Assembly: GCA_046052125.1 (NCBI GenBank)
Contig: JBJOMY010000001.1
Location: forward strand, 192,001-256,000
Source: Cyanobacteriota bacterium
Lineage (GTDB): Bacteria; Cyanobacteriota; Cyanobacteriia; PCC-6307; Cyanobiaceae
Length of the DNA: 64,000 nucleotides
Direction: 5' to 3'
The position numbers and the translations under genes were made by a program. Under the pieces are notes generated by a model. That model made no database searches. It saw nothing but the letters and a program-made list of their open reading frames with translations, and had not been told where the DNA came from. Below, piece after piece: positions 59,377-64,000 of this stretch; the first letter of the stretch is position 1; the number at the start of each line of letters is the position of its first letter.

Positions 59377-59742
59377 ATGCGCACTTATCCGATCACGGTC
59401 CACTGGAGGCAGGAGAACCGCACGATCCAGCTGGATGTGCCGGAGGGGGAGTACATCCTGCGCAGTTTTGAGCAGCAGGGGGAGCCGTTGCCCTTCAGCT
59501 GCCGCAATGGTTGCTGCACCGCCTGTGCGGTGCGGGTACTCGACGGTGCTATCGATCAACGCGAAGCCCTGGGCCTCTCCCGCGAGGTGCGCGGCCAGGG
59601 CTACGGCCTGCTCTGCGTGGCACGGGCCACCGGCCCCCTGGAGGTGGAAACCCAGGATGAGGATGAGGTGTACGACCTGCAGTTCGGTCGGTTCTTCGGT
59701 CGCGGCACGGTGCGCGCCGGTCTGCCCCTTGATGAGGAATGA
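59377..59742 (+). CDS. 2Fe-2S ferredoxin with C-terminal extension (Fed2/FdC2-like)
   Basis: LPFSCRNGCCTACA, LLCV, DEVYDLQFGRFF tail. Confidence 0.9.
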   Translation: MRTYPITVHWRQENRTIQLDVPEGEYILRSFEQQGEPLPFSCRNGCCTACAVRVLDGAIDQREALGLSREVRGQGYGLLCVARATGPLEVETQDEDEVYDLQFGRFFGRGTVRAGLPLDEE

Positions 59743-60641
59743 GCAGCGTGAGCGTGGGGCGTCTGTCGGATCAGAGCCGGGATCAATCGGGCTTGAGCGC
59801 AGCCGAGCTGGAGCGCTTGGCAGCGGTGGCCAGGCATGCCGCCCAGGCCGGCGCTGAGCAGCTGTTAAAGCATTTCGGCCAGCTGGAGCGGATCCGAGAA
59901 AAAGGCCGCGCCGGCGATTTGGTGACCGAAGCCGATGTGGCCGCGGAACAGGCCGTGCTTGCGGTGCTCGAGCGACACACGCCAGAGCTCGGAGTGCTGG
60001 CGGAGGAGAGCGGCCGCCGGGCCGGGCAGGGATCAGAACTCGAGTGGTGCGTGGATCCCCTCGATGGCACCACCAACTACGCCCATCGCTACCCCTTCTT
60101 TGGCACCTCGATCGGTCTCACCTGGCGGGGCCAACCGCTCCTCGGAGCCCTGGCGGTGCCTGCCCTTGAGCAGCTCTACTGGGCAGCCCCCGGCCTCGGA
60201 GCCTGGTGCAACCACAGCCCCATCCGCGTCAGTGAATGCGAAGGCCTGGCCAGCTCCCTGCTGGTGACCGGTTTCGCCTACGACCGCCACGAACGCCTCG
60301 ATAACAACTACGCCGAGTTCGCCTGGTTCACCCACCGCACCCGCGGGGTACGGCGCGGCGGTGCAGCGGCGGTGGATCTGGCCTTCGTGGCCGAAGGGCG
60401 CCTCGATGGCTACTGGGAGCGGGGCCTCTCTCCCTGGGATCTGGCCGCCGGCGTGGTGCTGGTGGAGCAGGCCGGCGGGGTGGTGTGCGCTTACGACGGC
60501 GGACCGGCCCGGCTGACCGAAGGCCGCTTGATCGCCTGCACGCCGGGGGTACGTCAGGCCCTGATCGATGGGCTGGCGGCCTGCCGGCCCCTGAGCGGCG
60601 CCAGCTTCGGCGCTCCCGAGCTCGACAAGCCCGCTCCATAG
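59739..60641 (+). CDS. suhB: Inositol monophosphatase family protein (SuhB-like)
   Basis: DLVTEAD, EE, WCVDPLDGTTNY, PWDLAAG. Confidence 0.9.
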   Translation: MSSVSVGRLSDQSRDQSGLSAAELERLAAVARHAAQAGAEQLLKHFGQLERIREKGRAGDLVTEADVAAEQAVLAVLERHTPELGVLAEESGRRAGQGSELEWCVDPLDGTTNYAHRYPFFGTSIGLTWRGQPLLGALAVPALEQLYWAAPGLGAWCNHSPIRVSECEGLASSLLVTGFAYDRHERLDNNYAEFAWFTHRTRGVRRGGAAAVDLAFVAEGRLDGYWERGLSPWDLAAGVVLVEQAGGVVCAYDGGPARLTEGRLIACTPGVRQALIDGLAACRPLSGASFGAPELDKPAP

Positions 60642-60671
60642 GATCGGCGGCAATTCGCGTTTACCTCCTCC

Positions 60672-61850
60672 ATGGCCCTGCAACCCGCTGCCGGCGCCAG
60701 GGACCTCAACCCCCGTGAGGTGGATGGAAACCGCTGGCTCTGTGATCAGCTGGCCGAGGTGTATCGGCGCTGGGGCTACGCCGAGGTGGCCCCACCGCTG
60801 GTGGAGCGCCTCGAAACCCTTGAAGCTGGTGGCGGCATCAGCGACCAGGAGCTGGTGCGGCTGGCCTCCGATGAACCGCTGGGGCTGCGGCCGGAGATGA
60901 CCGCCTCGATCGCCCGTGCCGCCTGCACCCGGCTGGCGGGCCGGCCCCGCCCGCTGCGCCTCTGGAGCAGTGGCGCTGTGTTCCGTAGTGCCGTGAGCGA
61001 CTCAGGCCAACACCGCCTGGAGGAACGGCTGCAGAGCGGCGTGGAGTTGCTGGGTGCCGATTGCAGCCAAGCGCTTGTGGCCGACGCTGAACTGCTCCGC
61101 CTGCTGCTGGCCTGCCTGCGGCAGCTGCAGGTGAGCGCTGAGCACCAACCCACCCTGCTGCTCGGGCACCACGGACTGCTCACGGCCCTGCTCGATCAGG
61201 TGCCCGCCGAGCAGCGGCTGGCCACGCGCCAGGCCCTGATCAACTTTGATCCGCTGGCCCTGGCGGCCCTGGAGCTTCCGGCCCACCAGCGCCAGGGCCT
61301 GCAGCAGTTGATGCGTCTTCGGGGCGATGCCAAAGCGGTGCTCTATCAACTGGAGCAGCTGCTCGGCCCCTCAGCGCTGCTCGATCAGCTGGCCGGAACC
61401 CTCAACAGCGTGGCCGCCGTGGCTGCAGAGCAGGGAGTGCGAATCCAGCTCGATCCGAGCTTCCAACCCCACTTCGATCTCTACGACGGTCTGGTGCTGA
61501 AGCTGGTGTGCCAGGGGGCCGTAGCGCCGGTGGCCATCGCCAGTGGCGGCCGCTACGACGCGTTGGTGGCCCGCTTCGGCGGAGCGGCCGGCGGCATGGG
61601 CTTCAGCTTCGACATCGAAGCGATCCGCGATCTCCTGGGCACCGAGAGCACCGCCCCGCAGCGGCCCGAGATCACGCTTGTGGCCTACGGCAGTGCAGCC
61701 CAGCTCACCAGCGCCCTCGATCAGCTGGAGAGCCTGCACCGCTCCGGTGCGCGGGCCGAGCTGCTGCAAACCCCCTGCCCCTCTGAGGCCGAGGCCGAGG
61801 CGATCGCCAGCCAGCGCGGTTGCGCCGCCTGCCACTGGATCGGTTCTTAG
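60672..61850 (+). CDS. hisZ: ATP phosphoribosyltransferase regulatory subunit
   Basis: HisRS-like GARD, LRPEMTASIAR, QSGVELLG, SGGRYD; lacks a full synthetase signature. Confidence 0.9.
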   Translation: MALQPAAGARDLNPREVDGNRWLCDQLAEVYRRWGYAEVAPPLVERLETLEAGGGISDQELVRLASDEPLGLRPEMTASIARAACTRLAGRPRPLRLWSSGAVFRSAVSDSGQHRLEERLQSGVELLGADCSQALVADAELLRLLLACLRQLQVSAEHQPTLLLGHHGLLTALLDQVPAEQRLATRQALINFDPLALAALELPAHQRQGLQQLMRLRGDAKAVLYQLEQLLGPSALLDQLAGTLNSVAAVAAEQGVRIQLDPSFQPHFDLYDGLVLKLVCQGAVAPVAIASGGRYDALVARFGGAAGGMGFSFDIEAIRDLLGTESTAPQRPEITLVAYGSAAQLTSALDQLESLHRSGARAELLQTPCPSEAEAEAIASQRGCAACHWIGS

Positions 61851-61876
61851 GATCCCGTCAACTGCGTTGCTGCCCA

Positions 61877-62101
61877 ATGGCCCACACGATCGTCACCGAC
61901 GTCTGCGAAGGGGTGGCCGATTGCGTGGATGCCTGCCCGGTGGCCTGCATCAACCCCGGCAGCGGTGCCAACACAAAGGGCACGGCTTTTTATTGGATTG
62001 ATTTCGATACCTGCATCGACTGCGGCATCTGCCTGCAGGTCTGCCCAGTCGAGGGAGCCATCCTTCCTGAGGAAAAACCCGAGCTGCAGCGGGCGAGCTG
62101 A
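61877..62101 (+). CDS. Bacterial-type dicluster ferredoxin
   Basis: CEGVADCVDACPVACI and CIDCGICLQVCP. Confidence 0.9.
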   Translation: MAHTIVTDVCEGVADCVDACPVACINPGSGANTKGTAFYWIDFDTCIDCGICLQVCPVEGAILPEEKPELQRAS

Positions 62102-62106
62102 AGCCG

Positions 62107-62910
62107 ATGTCCAGCCAATGGGACAACTTTCTGCAGAACCTCGGCGAGTGGCGCGGCAGCTTCTCCAGCCTTGATGCCACTGGCGCAGTGGTGGAGTCGA
62201 CCCCGTCGATCCTCACTCTGGAGCGCGGAGCGGAAGAGCGCCTGGTGCACTTCCGCCTGCGCCGCTTCGCCGGGGGCGACCTGAACGGCGAGCCCAGCCG
62301 GGATATGAGCGAGGACTACCGCAACCTCGGCAAGCAGGTGGTGTTCTTCGACAGCGGCACCTTCTGCAAGGGACGCTTGCAGGTGGCACCGGGCACGCCG
62401 TTTGGCGGTGAATTCGGCTTCATCCAGGGCGATCGCCGCCACCGCCTGGTGCAGCTGCATAACGACGACGGCGACTTCAGCCAACTGGTGCTGATCCGCG
62501 AATTCCGTGCCGGCAGTGATGCCCAAGAAGTTCCCGCGCTGACGTTGGATCAGCTGCAGGGCCACTGGAGCGGCAGCGCCTCCACCATCAGCGCCGACTG
62601 GCCCGAACCCGACCGCGCTGACTGTCGCTTTGAGGTGAGCGGCGAAGGCACCAACACCCTGCGCATCGACACCCAAACCGGCAGCAGCAGCGAAAGCGTT
62701 GCAGCAGGCAGCGCCGATCCTTCTCGCCAGCTCACCTGGATGGCCGATGGCGGCTACCACCTCACGCCGCGCCATGTGGATCACCGCAGTGCCTTTGCGG
62801 TGGAGGCGGGCTGGCTCACCGCACCGAATCGGCTGGAACGCCTGATCCGCCGTTACGACGCCAGCGGCGCCTGGATCTCCGCCACCCAGATCATCGCCAG
62901 CCGTGTCTGA
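62107..62910 (+). CDS. DUF3598-like protein
   Basis: SQWDNFLQNLGEWRGSF, EFGF, LIRE, LIRRYDASGAW. Confidence 0.8.
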   Translation: MSSQWDNFLQNLGEWRGSFSSLDATGAVVESTPSILTLERGAEERLVHFRLRRFAGGDLNGEPSRDMSEDYRNLGKQVVFFDSGTFCKGRLQVAPGTPFGGEFGFIQGDRRHRLVQLHNDDGDFSQLVLIREFRAGSDAQEVPALTLDQLQGHWSGSASTISADWPEPDRADCRFEVSGEGTNTLRIDTQTGSSSESVAAGSADPSRQLTWMADGGYHLTPRHVDHRSAFAVEAGWLTAPNRLERLIRRYDASGAWISATQIIASRV

Positions 62911-63109
62911 GGCCACCGGTCAGGAACGCCTGCAGCAGCTGGGGCGGTTTGGGTTACGGGCGCTGCGCATCGCCGCCAGCACCGTGTCGTTGATCGAGCT
63001 GTTGCGCTCGGAGTGGACGGGCGGCATCGCCGCCGGCGTGGCCTGGTTGGTGTTCGTTCAGGTAGAGCGGCGCTTGCCGCCCAAGCAGGACCAGGCCCCA
63101 CCGCCCTGA
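62903..63109 (+). CDS. Small membrane hypothetical protein
   Basis: 68 aa with hydrophobic segments; overlaps the upstream stop. Confidence 0.55.
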   Translation: MSEATGQERLQQLGRFGLRALRIAASTVSLIELLRSEWTGGIAAGVAWLVFVQVERRLPPKQDQAPPP

Positions 63110-63202
63110 AGCCAGCCGAGGGGTCGGTTTCCTGCCCATGGCGGCCCCTTGGCGGGCTGGCCTGCCCCGGGTGAGTCTGGAGCCACGTTGCTTTTTCACG
63201 CT

Positions 63203-64000
63203 GTGGTGCTGCAGGCGGAACAGGGCCAGATCCAGATCCACACCGAGAACATCTTCCCGATCATCAAAAAGGCCGTGTACAGCGGCCATGAGGTGTTCCT
63301 GCGGGAGCTGGTGAGCAATGGGGTGGATGCCATCAGCAAGCGCCGCATGGCCGCCATGGCGGGCGATTGCAGCGAAGGGAGCGAAGGCAAGATCTCGATC
63401 CGCATCGACCGCGAAGCCAAAACCCTCACCATTTCCGACAACGGCATCGGCATGACCGCCGATGAGGTGAAGCGCTACATCAACCAGGTGGCCTTCTCCA
63501 GCGCCGAAGACTTCCTGGAGAAGTACAAACAGGAGAACGACGCGATCATCGGCCACTTCGGCCTGGGCTTCTACTCCAGCTTCATGGTGGCGAAGCAGGT
63601 GGAGCTGGTGACCCGCTCCGCGCGCGAGGGCAGCGAAGCGGTGCGCTGGAGCTGCGATGGCTCCCCCAACTTCAGCCTGGAGGCGGCCGATCGCAGCGAA
63701 GCCGGCACCGATGTGATCCTCCACCTGATGGAGGAAGAAGAGGAGTACATCGAGCCGGCGCGCATCCGCACCCTGATCACCACCTACTGCGACTTCATGC
63801 CGGTGGAGGTGCAGCTCGAAGGTGAAACCGTGAACAAGCGGGAAGCACCCTGGCGCAAGAGCCCCCGCGATCTCACCGACAACGACTACATCGAGCTCTA
63901 CCGCTACCTCTATCCCTTCCAGGGCGATCCGCTGCTCTGGGTGCACCTCAACACCGACTATCCCTACAACCTGCAGGGCATCCTCTACTTCCCCAAATCC
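63203..64000 (+). CDS. htpG: Hsp90 chaperone HtpG (5' part, truncated by the window end)
   Basis: QGQIQIHTENIFPIIKKAVY, FLRELVSNGVDA, DNGIGMT, IGHFGLGFYSSF; not in the ORF track because no stop lies in the window. Confidence 0.96.
   Translation, partial: MVLQAEQGQIQIHTENIFPIIKKAVYSGHEVFLRELVSNGVDAISKRRMAAMAGDCSEGSEGKISIRIDREAKTLTISDNGIGMTADEVKRYINQVAFSSAEDFLEKYKQENDAIIGHFGLGFYSSFMVAKQVELVTRSAREGSEAVRWSCDGSPNFSLEAADRSEAGTDVILHLMEEEEEYIEPARIRTLITTYCDFMPVEVQLEGETVNKREAPWRKSPRDLTDNDYIELYRYLYPFQGDPLLWVHLNTDYPYNLQGILYFPKS

Overview
High-GC picocyanobacterial chromosome (Cyanobium / Synechococcus-like, judged from apcD, cyanobacterial Hfq, Cdv3, SigF and Fed2-type ferredoxin). It is densely packed and almost entirely core genome: rnb-rpsR-rpmG, pheT, rlmD, apcD, an RHH/DnaJ-DUF3370-sigF cluster, gpsA, metH-ilvE/cobN, a uvrC / Fe-S photolyase / hemJ cluster, coaD-cdv3, dacB, iscS-dapF, hfq-leuS, pgi, cell-wall hydrolases, purN, argC, ribBA, mtnP, murQ, dnaJ-dnaK, pstCAB, tRNA-Ser(GGA), ferredoxins, hisZ and the start of htpG. 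I found no CRISPR array, integrase, transposase, prophage or defence system. The best candidates for something undescribed are: (1) a roughly 0.9 kb lower-GC stretch between apcD and the RHH-DnaJ gene, rich in inverted and tandem repeats; (2) the sigF / overlapping small protein / DUF3370 / RHH-J-domain module; (3) a four-cysteine C-terminal domain on DapF directly upstream of a cysteine desulfurase; (4) a Tyr/Arg/Asp repeat tail on DnaK. All family and DUF assignments come from motif recognition by eye; no database search was run.
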